In this document: positions 12,689 through 20,819 of the stretch, piece after piece | Layout: each line of letters begins with the position of its first letter | How positions within the stretch are numbered: position 1 is the stretch's first letter | Assembly: GCA_963748015.1 (NCBI GenBank) | Contig: CAVVHE010000004.1 | Span: 1 to 64,000, forward strand | Source of the DNA: Terriglobia bacterium | GTDB lineage: Bacteria; Acidobacteriota; Polarisedimenticolia; Polarisedimenticolales; JAIQFR01 | DNA length: 64,000 bases | Direction of reading: 5' to 3' | Made by a program: the position numbers and the translations under genes | Notes under the pieces: model-generated | What the model saw: the letters and a program-made list of their open reading frames with translations, nothing else | What the model was told of the DNA's origin: nothing | Database searches by the model: none

Positions 12689-12760
12689 AGCGGGAAAAGG
12701 GATTCGAACCCTCGACCCTCAGCTTGGGAAGCTGATGCTCTACCCCTGAGCTACTCCCGC
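12689..12760 (-). tRNA. tRNA-Gly(CCC)
   Basis: Reverse complement GCGGGAGTAGCTCAGGGGTAGAGCATCAGCTTCCCAAGCTGAGGGTCGAGGGTTCGAATCCCTTTTCCCGCT; no encoded CCA. Confidence 0.95.
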
Positions 12761-12973
12761 GATAACTTTTTTTCTGCTGCAAATTTATTGTATTTTTTTA
12801 CATTCCTGCAATTTTCACAAAATTCTATCCTGAATAGTTAAACAAAAGTCTAAACATCTTTATTACAAAATCAATAATCATTCAAAACAGAATATAGGTA
12901 TCTTCAAATACCCGGTTTTGATTTTACTCCTTTATTTTATATATTAGTAAGAATTATAATAATAGTAGATGCA

Positions 12974-13188
12974 ATGAAGAGAAGAAAGTTTTTGCAAACT
13001 GCCGGATACACAGCTGCAGCTGCATGTTTACCAAATCAACTTGATGGTAATTATTCTAATATGCCTGAAGGAGACAAGCTATCAGCAGTACCTGATAATA
13101 AAGTATCTGTTGTGGTAAAAGATACAAGAGTGTATATTGAAACCCAGACTTTAAATGCTGTCATAGAGAAAGGAGTTTTAATAGTCTC
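12974..13188 (+). CDS. Tat-signal protein, N-terminus only (cut at the composition junction)
   Basis: MKRRKFLQTAGYTAAAACLP twin-arginine signal; the frame turns to implausible GC-rich sequence after ~13190. Confidence 0.6.
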
Positions 13189-13200
13189 ATGTACACGATC
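13175..13200. other. Junction between AT-rich and GC-rich sequence (chimeric join or contig concatenation)
   Basis: Abrupt composition switch at ...GGAGTTTTAATAGTCTC|ATGTACACGATCCCCTCGG...; genes truncated on both sides. Confidence 0.9.
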
Positions 13201-13745
13201 CCCTCGGTGTTCTGCGCCTACGACCCCACCGTGTACCCCCCGGAGAGCGCCGACGGCTTCTACTGCCGGTTCCACGACAACGCCCTCCACCAGGGAACGA
13301 TGCACGGGGTCCTCCACGTCACGACGCCCATCCAGCTCACCGTGACCAAGAACGTCCTCCCCGGCGACATCGAGCTTGCCTGGACCGGGGTGGCATCTTG
13401 AGCGACGTCACCTACAAGGTCGTCCGCAGCGACTCGGGGAATCCTGCGTTTCCTGCCGGCGATACGACGGTCTTCGATCCGGACAGCGGAGCGACCGGAA
13501 CCCGGTTCGTGGACAAGGGGGAGCTCGGTACCCTCACGCCGCGCTTCTACCTCGTGCGCAACAGGCAAACGAACGAAGCCTCCCCGAGCGGCTGCCAGCC
13601 CCCCGATTGCAACGACCTCGAGCCCTGCACGCTCGATACCTGCGTGAGCGGACTGTGCCAGAACGACCCTGCTCCTGACGGAACGCCCTGCGACGCCGGT
13701 AATCCCTACGCCGCCTGCATGAGTGGAGTCTGCACCCTGCCCTGA
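13189..13745 (+). CDS. Cupredoxin-like secreted protein (5'-truncated, frameshift near 13395) with Cys-rich tail; paralog of 17241-17999
   Basis: GFYCRFHDNALHQGTMHG, DVTYKVVRS..G.PAFPA and YLVRNRQTNE align with the 17241 protein; tail CNDLEPCTLDTCVSGLC. Confidence 0.7.
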
Positions 13746-13762
13746 CGGGCGGGTCGGCGGAG

Positions 13763-14839
13763 ATGACGCGATCGCCGGAGCGATCTCCGGGGCGAGTCGC
13801 GGCTCGCGGAACGAGCCGGTCATCGGTTAGTCTGGGACGCGAGGGGTGGGCCGTGGGCCGCTCGCGTTCCGCAGGAAACCGTGGGGGAGACGTGGTGCGT
13901 GCGCACCTCCTTGCCGACCTCCACTCGGGGCGACTCACGCCGGGAGATCGCGTTCCGTCGGTTCGGCAGATGGCCGAGCGGGCCGGCGCCGACCCCAAGA
14001 CCGTGCATCGCGCGTACGTCGCCATGGAGGGGGAAGGCCTCCTCGAGATGCGCCCGGGCAGCGGCTCGTTCCTCAAGGAGGGCCGGACATCGGGGCACCG
14101 TCCGATGAGCGCGAGCCAATTGCTCTCGTCGGCCAACCGGTCGAGGGCCGAAGCGGCGGCGCTAGGCCTCGACCTGCGGGCGTTCGCCCGGTTCCTCGCT
14201 CTCGCCGCGCCGGGCGGGCTCGGCGGCGTTTCCCTCGCGGTGGCCGAGTGCAATCTCGAGCAGGTCGCCCTGTTCTCGCTCGAGCTGCAGTCGACGCTCG
14301 GCCTCCGTTGCCGTCACGTGCTGCTTCCGGGTACCGGCGCGGAGGCCGACAGGACGCTCGCCGGCTGTCGCGGGATCGTGACGACCGATTTCCACCGGCG
14401 GGAAGTGGACGGCATCGCGGCGCGAGCGGCCCTCCCCGTCTACCGGGTCTCGCTGGATCCGCGATTCACCCGGGCGCTCGTGGACGAGGCGGGAAAGGGC
14501 CCCGTCGTCATGGTGGTCCGCGACCGGAGCTTCGCTCCGGGGTTCTTCCGGTTCCTCCTGGCGGCGGCGGTGCCGGAGAACGTCGTCGCGCGCATGCACG
14601 TCGTCGAGCCGCGGGAAATGCGGGGCGCATTCCGGAGAGCCGGCCGGGATGCGGCGATCTACGTTTCCCCGACGGTGGATCGAGCACTTCCCGGCCCCGT
14701 CCCCGCCGGCCTGCGAAGGATCTCCGTCGCTCGCCACGTCTCCGCGGCGTCGCTCGAGCGGCTCCGGGTCCGGCTCGCGCTCGACCTCGCGGTGCGCGGC
14801 ACCACGTCGCGCCCGTCCGTGACGCTACCCAGGGGTTGA
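13763..14839 (+). CDS. GntR-family (YtrA-like HTH) transcriptional regulator with long C-terminal domain; start uncertain
   Basis: GRLTPGDRVPSVRQMA...GADPKTVHRAY..ME.EGLLEMRPGSGSF. Confidence 0.8.
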   Translation: MTRSPERSPGRVAARGTSRSSVSLGREGWAVGRSRSAGNRGGDVVRAHLLADLHSGRLTPGDRVPSVRQMAERAGADPKTVHRAYVAMEGEGLLEMRPGSGSFLKEGRTSGHRPMSASQLLSSANRSRAEAAALGLDLRAFARFLALAAPGGLGGVSLAVAECNLEQVALFSLELQSTLGLRCRHVLLPGTGAEADRTLAGCRGIVTTDFHRREVDGIAARAALPVYRVSLDPRFTRALVDEAGKGPVVMVVRDRSFAPGFFRFLLAAAVPENVVARMHVVEPREMRGAFRRAGRDAAIYVSPTVDRALPGPVPAGLRRISVARHVSAASLERLRVRLALDLAVRGTTSRPSVTLPRG

Positions 14840-14907
14840 CCGGTTGCAAGGGATTCCGAGCCCGGCTCGCAGAGGCCGATCGTCTCGCGCCGGCCCGGCC
14901 CGCGCTC

Positions 14908-15652
14908 TCAGAGGAACCTGCGGAGGCTCTGTTCGTCGCCCGGTCCGGGCGAGCAGATAGATCCTCGCCCCGGATCTCCACGACGAGGTCGCGAGCTTTG
15001 CAACCGGAGAGAACTCCGGGGCCTCCGACGCCGGTGCGTCGGGGAGCACGCGCGCCTCGACGACGAACATCCACAGGTCCTTGCTCTCGTCGTCCTCCGA
15101 GCCGAAGCAGACGACGGAGACCTTCTCCCCGTGCCACCGCACGGCCATGCCGCCCTCGAGCGGATACCCCTGCAGCGCCGCCGGCACCGCATAGTCGGCA
15201 GGCCACCCGCGCTCGGCGAAAAACGCCTGGAGCTTGGGGAGGTCCTCGGTCTCGACGTCGAGTTTGTACTCGCCCGAAACCAGCGCGGCCATCTCGGCGC
15301 GGTACGACGCGAAGCCGGCGGGAGACGAGCGCCCGTCCCACAAGAACAAAGCGATCGCCGCGATCGCGGCCAGCGCCAGGGGCGCGAGAGCCAAGAACGG
15401 CCGCCTCCGCCAGAGCGGCGGTGCGGCGGCCGAGCGGCCGGCGAGAATGCGGGACTTCAGCCCCGCGGGGACCGGCGTTTCCCTCATCTTGGCGCCGATC
15501 GCGGCGTCCAACGCGAGCTCACGCTCGAGCCACAGGGCCAGCTCGGGATCGCGCCGCGCCTGTTCGAGCGCCGCGGCGAGCGGCTCGCTTCGCGGGTCGT
15601 CCACGCCGGGGCGGTAGCAGGCCAGGATCTCTCTTGCTTCGCGGCTATCCAC
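14908..15652 (-). CDS. Putative membrane-anchored anti-sigma factor, frameshift near 14940
   Basis: Overlaps the end of the ECF sigma gene; N-terminal cytoplasmic region (PVPAGLKSRIL), one TM helix, periplasmic domain. Confidence 0.65.
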
Positions 15653-16190
15653 GCTGCACCCGTTCCGTCTCACCGTCGGACCGCTCGCCTCGCGTCAGGA
15701 GGTCGCGGAGCTGCGCCTTCCCGCGGGCGATGCGCGACTGCACGGTGCCCAGGGGAACCGAGAGGATGTCGGAAATTTCCCTGTAGGAATGCTCCCCGAG
15801 ATAGAACAGCGCCAGGGGCGCGCGAAAAACCTCCTCCACCCTCGCGAGCATCTCGATCACGGCGCCGGAGTCGAGCTGCTCGACCGCCGAGGACGACGGG
15901 GCGGGCAGGTCGCCGTCCCCGTCCTCGATTGCCCGGTGCGGGTACATCCGCTGGTGGCGGCGGGACTTCAGGAACTCGCGGTGCAGCGTCGTGAAGAGCC
16001 ACGTCTTCGCTTTCGACGGGTCGCGGAGGGCGCGCCCCTTCCTGGCCCAGATGTAGAACGTCTGCTGGGTCAGGTCGCTCGCCTCCGCCTCCTGGCGCGC
16101 GAGGCTGTAGGCAAACTGGTAGAGAGGGCGATAGTAGGCTTGCACCAGATCCTCGAACTCCCGGTCCTTGCCGTCACGGGTAGGATCCAT
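15645..16190 (-). CDS. ECF RNA polymerase sigma factor
   Basis: EASDLTQQTF, KTWLFTT, SYREISDILSVPLGTVQSRIARGK. Confidence 0.9.
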   Translation of the reverse strand: MDPTRDGKDREFEDLVQAYYRPLYQFAYSLARQEAEASDLTQQTFYIWARKGRALRDPSKAKTWLFTTLHREFLKSRRHQRMYPHRAIEDGDGDLPAPSSSAVEQLDSGAVIEMLARVEEVFRAPLALFYLGEHSYREISDILSVPLGTVQSRIARGKAQLRDLLTRGERSDGETERVQRG

Positions 16191-16266
16191 GGCCCGCTAC
16201 CTTGTTCCCACGAAACGCGAAAATTCCATCTCCGTCGGCACTCGGCGGCCCACGAGCCCGGGCATG

Positions 16267-17059
16267 TCAGTTCCCGGCGCCGCCACGATGGAACAGACGC
16301 TCGAGCTCGATGGTACAGCCCACGATCACGCCGTAGTCGCCCGCGGCTTCCGTCACCCCGATGGGAGCCGCCACGAGCAGCTCGACGTGCTCCGAGACCT
16401 TCCATACCAGCTCGGGGGTGACGTAGTAGCTCGTTTGTCCACCTGCCGTCTCGCCGTTCCCCTCGAGCACGAGAAACGTCTTCCCCACCGGCCGGAGGAT
16501 GGCGAGATTGTATTCGTATTCGTTTCGAGGCTCTTCACCCGAGCCGTCCACCGCGCGCACCCATGCGAGGTGAAGCTGGAGATTGACCGGCCCCAGCCAG
16601 CCGGCGGCCGTCAAGGAGGGCTCGAGGCGCGTGGTGCCCTCGCCGAGGCCCCGGGATTCGTCGCCGCTCGGCGCGACCACGCCGAGACCGACGTCGAGCC
16701 CGAAGGGGTTGTGGCGGTAGTCGATCGCAGCGTACCGGAGCGATGCCTCGACGTCCCCGATACCGCTCTCCGAGGAGCCGCCGTTCGGTTTCGACGCGCA
16801 GGTACGGCAGCCCTGCCGAGAATCGCAGCCGGTCCGTCAGCCCGTAAGCAGCGTCCAGCCCCAGCGTCCAGACGCGCTCGTCCGAGAACTTGGAGTGCTG
16901 AAGGGACCCCGAGACGTACGCCTCGTCGGCGTCCGTCATCGTGATCGCTTCCGTCACCCCCAACTCCGTGGGCAGCGGGCGCTGCTCCGGAGCTTCCTCG
17001 GCGCGTACGAGCGGTGCGGAAAAACACAACAGCAGGAGAAGCTTCGAGCCCTTCTTCAC
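16267..17059 (-). CDS. Putative outer-membrane beta-barrel channel (COG4313/MetA-like 'transporter'), frameshift near 16785
   Basis: Signal peptide; AYGLTDRL.FSAGLPY, SGIGDVEASLRY, APSGD, alternating amphipathic strands. Confidence 0.6.
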
Positions 17060-17240
17060 GTCGCGAGAACCTCCGAGACCCCCAAGGCCTGACCCTGGCA
17101 CTTTATCGGCGGGCCCGCCGATCGGCAAACACATTCTTCCGGGAACAATTCCTCCACCCGACGCTCTCACCTGCGAAATCGGCGCAACGGAGGGACGACT
17201 TCCGCGGTCGTTTCGTGGGGCCCGATAGCACGGAGGAGAC

Positions 17241-17999
17241 ATGATGCGCCAGCGAATAGCTAACGTCACCGGCGCCACCGCGGTCGTCGCGCTCTCGACG
17301 GCCCTGCTTTGCCTGCCCGCCGGGGCGCAGACCGCTTGCATCACTCCCAACTGCGGGCAGGGGACCATCCCTCTCGCGTGCCAGGGTCGCGCGCTACCCC
17401 GGACCGCCCGCGTCGTCATGAGCTCGACCATCCCCTTCGTCTACACCCCGGCGAGCCCCAAGATCGAGCCGGGGGAGTGCGTGGAGTGGAGGTCCGCGGG
17501 ATTCACCCACAGCTCGTCCGCGGATCCCTGTCCCGACGACGTCCTGACCTCGTGCGGGTCGCCTTCGCCTCCCGCGTGCCTCTGGGACAGCGGGAACGTC
17601 GCCGCAGCGGGAACGCCCCCGTCGGCCGTGTGTTACTACGATCCCGCCGCGTATCCTCCGACGACCGTCGACGGGTTCTACTGCCGCATTCACGACAACC
17701 CGGCCCACACCGGAACGATGCACGGAGCGCTCGCGGTCACGACACCGATCGAGCTGACGGTCGACAAGAACGCCGGCGCCGGGAGCGTCGTGCTGACGTG
17801 GACCGGCGGCGGGGTGACCGCGGACGTCACCTACAAGGTGGTTCGAAGCAACGCGGGAGATCCCGCGTTCCCCGCGGCGGGCACCACGACCTTCAACCCC
17901 GACGGCGGAACCGCCGGGATCCAGTTCACCGACGCGGGCGAGCTCGCGAGCCCGGCGATCCGCTACTACCTGATTCGCAACCGCCAGATCAACGAGTGA
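17241..17999 (+). CDS. Secreted cupredoxin-like (type 1 Cu) protein with C-terminal beta-sandwich domain
   Basis: Signal peptide; FVYTP...I.PGECVEW....THS and FYCRIHDNPAHTGTMHG give the His...Cys-x2-His-x8-Met ligand set. Confidence 0.7.
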   Translation: MMRQRIANVTGATAVVALSTALLCLPAGAQTACITPNCGQGTIPLACQGRALPRTARVVMSSTIPFVYTPASPKIEPGECVEWRSAGFTHSSSADPCPDDVLTSCGSPSPPACLWDSGNVAAAGTPPSAVCYYDPAAYPPTTVDGFYCRIHDNPAHTGTMHGALAVTTPIELTVDKNAGAGSVVLTWTGGGVTADVTYKVVRSNAGDPAFPAAGTTTFNPDGGTAGIQFTDAGELASPAIRYYLIRNRQINE

Positions 18000-18027
18000 T
18001 TCTGGCGAGGTTCAGGGAGACCATCGC

Positions 18028-18399
18028 ATGAATCCGATCATTCGCCTCGGCCTCGCGGCCGTCACCCTGGTCGCCCTCGCCCTGCCCGCGGCCGCCGCCG
18101 AACAGAAGATCTCGGTCACCGGCGAGGTGATCGACTCGGCCTGCTACGTGAAGATGGGCGCGCGAGGGGAGTCGCACCGCGAATGCGCGCAGAAGTGCGG
18201 CGATGCCGGGATCCCCTTGGCGATTCTCGAGGACGGATCGAACAAGGTCGTCTGGCTGGCGTCGGAGAACGACGCCGAGACCCCGAACAAGACGCTCCGT
18301 CCCTTCGCCGGCCGCAAGGTGACGATCACCGGGTCGTGGGCCGAGCGGGGCGGGGCGAGGCTGCTGATCGTGCAATCGGTCAAGCCGGCCGGCTCGTGA
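18028..18399 (+). CDS. Small secreted Cys/His protein (hypothetical, OB-fold-like)
   Basis: Signal peptide; GEVIDSACY...HRECAQKC...GIPLAIL. Confidence 0.65.
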   Translation: MNPIIRLGLAAVTLVALALPAAAAEQKISVTGEVIDSACYVKMGARGESHRECAQKCGDAGIPLAILEDGSNKVVWLASENDAETPNKTLRPFAGRKVTITGSWAERGGARLLIVQSVKPAGS

Positions 18400-18430
18400 G
18401 CCGGACGCCCCGCAACCTCGAGAAGATGCC

Positions 18431-19230
18431 GTGCGACGCGCTCTGATCATCGCGCTCTCGCTTCTGGCCGCCGCGGGAGTGGTGGAGGGAGCCTTCCTCG
18501 GGTGGCTCGCCGTGCGATCGGGCTGGAGGCACAGCGCCGAGGCCGGCGCGGTACCGAGGGGCAGGGCGCTCGCGGAGCGAATGGGGTGCTTCGCCTGTCA
18601 CGGGGCGGACGGCGCGCGCCCGATTCCCAATCCCGGATCCAAGACCGGAGACGTGCCGGGATGGACCGGAGGCACCTGGATGATGTGGAACCGGAACGAG
18701 GACGACGTGAGGGCGTGGATCCTCGACGGGCATCCGCAGGGCCGCGCGCCCGACGCAGGGGCCCTCATCCGCATGCCGCCCTATCGCGGTCGGCTCGACG
18801 AGGGCGAGGCGGACGCCGTCGTCGCGTACGTGCTCGCGGCGTCGCTGTTCGGGGTGCCGTCCGGAGCCGGCGCCGCGGAGGGTCGCGACGCGGCCCTGCG
18901 GCTGGGGTGCTTCGGCTGTCACGGGCCGGAGGGCCGGGGCTCGTCTCGAATCCCGGCTCGCTCAAGGGCTACGTGCCCGGTTGGGAAGGGGACGACTTCG
19001 AGGAGCTCGTGGGGAGCGACGAGGAGTTCCGCCAGTGGGTGCGGAACGGAATCAGCGACCGGATGGCGGCGAACCCGGTCGCGCGGCGCATTCTCGGGAG
19101 CCAGGCCATCCGGATGCCGGCCTTCGGAGACCGCGCGGCTCCATCCGATATCGATTCGCTGCTCGCTTACGTGAATTGGGTGAGAAAGAATCCGCGGCGC
19201 ACGACGGCCGCCCAACGTCCAGGGGGGTAG
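18431..19230 (+). CDS. Diheme class I cytochrome c, frameshift near 18940
   Basis: Two internally duplicated domains: GCFACHG..NPGS..VPGW..IRMP and GCFGCHG..NPGS..VPGW..IRMP. Confidence 0.85.
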
Positions 19231-19241
19231 TGGAGAACATC

Positions 19242-19682
19242 ATGAATTGGAATGTGCGAACCCGTGTCACGGCCGTGCTCTGCGCGCTATTCGCCGCCGC
19301 TCTCGCGATCTCTTGCGGCGGCTCGTCGGGAGGGGTGATGCAGCCGCCTCCTCCCACGCTCCAGCCGACGCTGGCGTCCATCCAGGCCAACGTCTTCTCC
19401 ACGTCGTGCGCGCTGTCCGGCTGCCACTCCGGCGGAGCGCCGCAGCAGGGTATGAGCCTGGTTTCCGGGCAGAGCTTCGCGAACATCGTGGACGTCGCGA
19501 GCGCGGAGCAGCCCTCGCTCAAGCGGGTCAATCCCGGCGACGCCGCGAACTCGTACCTCTACATGAAGATCACCGGCGATGCGCGCATCACGGGGGCCCA
19601 GATGCCGCTGACCGGCGGAGCGCTGTCGGCCGACAAGATCGCCGCGATTCGCGACTGGATCAACGCCGGGGCGAATCCGTGA
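19242..19682 (+). CDS. Lipoprotein cytochrome c (CxxxxCH motif)
   Basis: Lipobox LAISC; IQANVFSTSCALSGCH, V.PGD..NSYLY.KI, QMPL, IRDWI.AGA. Confidence 0.75.
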   Translation: MNWNVRTRVTAVLCALFAAALAISCGGSSGGVMQPPPPTLQPTLASIQANVFSTSCALSGCHSGGAPQQGMSLVSGQSFANIVDVASAEQPSLKRVNPGDAANSYLYMKITGDARITGAQMPLTGGALSADKIAAIRDWINAGANP

Positions 19683-20797
19683 GCGGCGGCGGTCGGCGGC
19701 GTAACGCGCGACGTCCGATCGCGCTCGCAGCGATTGCCGTCCTGGCGGCGCTGTTCTCGGCGACGGCTCGCGCGGAGCCGTACCTCGCGATCCGCACGGG
19801 CCTCAAGTGCTCGGCGTGCCACGAGAACGTCTCCGGCGGAGGCGCACGCAACGCCTACGGCGCCGGCTACGGCCGGCAGGAGCCTCCTTCCGCCGAGCGG
19901 TCGTCCACCGAAGCGTTCGACGGCGCCATCGTTCCCCGCGTGCGCATCGGAGCCGACCTGAGGGGTGGCGCCGAGTGGAGCCGGCCGGAGGACGGGGCAA
20001 GCCTCTGGACGTTCGACGTCTTCGGCGCCCGGCTCTTCGGCGATTTCGAGGTGATGGAGGACCGGCTCGCGCTGTACGTGGACGAGCAGATCGCGCCGGG
20101 TGGATCCGTGAGCCGCGAGGCGTTCGCGCTCATGCATCCGACGAAGGGGAGCTTCTGGATCAAGGTCGGCCGGTTCTTCCCGCCGTTCGGCCTGAGGCTC
20201 CAGGACGACGAGGCGTTCACGCGATCGGCGACCGGATTCAATTTCGCCTACAGCGACGCCGGCGTCGAGGCCGGTGTGGAGCCCGGCCACTGGTCCTTCG
20301 CGGCCGCGGCGACGAATGGCAACGGAGGCGCCGACGAGTCGAACAACGGCAAGCAGGTCTCCTTCGTCGGGTCGTACGTCCGGTCCGCGTTCCGGGTCGG
20401 ATTGACGGCGGCGCGCAACGATCTCCCCGAGGACGCGCGTCGGAGCCTGGCCGGGGTCTTCGGTGGGGCGCGCGCGGGCCCGGTCGTGTTCCTCGCGGAG
20501 TGGGACGCGATCCGGGACGACACGGGAGTCACGCTCCCCGTGGTGGACGGCAACGCGTCCCATCTCGAGGCGGACTGGCTCGTCACCCGCGGCGTCACGC
20601 TCCGGGCATGGGGCGGAAGTCACGATCCGGACCGGGATACCGGGGGAGACACGGAAACGCAGGTTGGCCTGGGAGTCGATTGGACCATGCTGCCGGGCGC
20701 CCAGCTCAGGGCCTATCTGAGAAAGCGCGACGGCCCGGTCTCGGTCCCGGCCAGTCGCGGGGACGAGGCGACGGTCGAGGTGCACCTGTACTTCTGA
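19679..20797 (+). CDS. Monoheme cytochrome c-porin fusion (Cyc2-like architecture)
   Basis: GTG start overlaps the upstream stop; signal peptide; PYLAIRTGLKCSACH; KVGRFFPPFGL and beta strands; C-terminal EVHLYF beta signal. Confidence 0.65.
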   Translation: MSGGGRRRNARRPIALAAIAVLAALFSATARAEPYLAIRTGLKCSACHENVSGGGARNAYGAGYGRQEPPSAERSSTEAFDGAIVPRVRIGADLRGGAEWSRPEDGASLWTFDVFGARLFGDFEVMEDRLALYVDEQIAPGGSVSREAFALMHPTKGSFWIKVGRFFPPFGLRLQDDEAFTRSATGFNFAYSDAGVEAGVEPGHWSFAAAATNGNGGADESNNGKQVSFVGSYVRSAFRVGLTAARNDLPEDARRSLAGVFGGARAGPVVFLAEWDAIRDDTGVTLPVVDGNASHLEADWLVTRGVTLRAWGGSHDPDRDTGGDTETQVGLGVDWTMLPGAQLRAYLRKRDGPVSVPASRGDEATVEVHLYF

Positions 20798-20819
20798 TCC
20801 CGCCGATTGCCGGCAGCGA

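Noticed and set aside
12576..12782. 68-aa ORF on the minus strand
   Set aside because: It overlaps tRNA-Gly and is a spurious translation.
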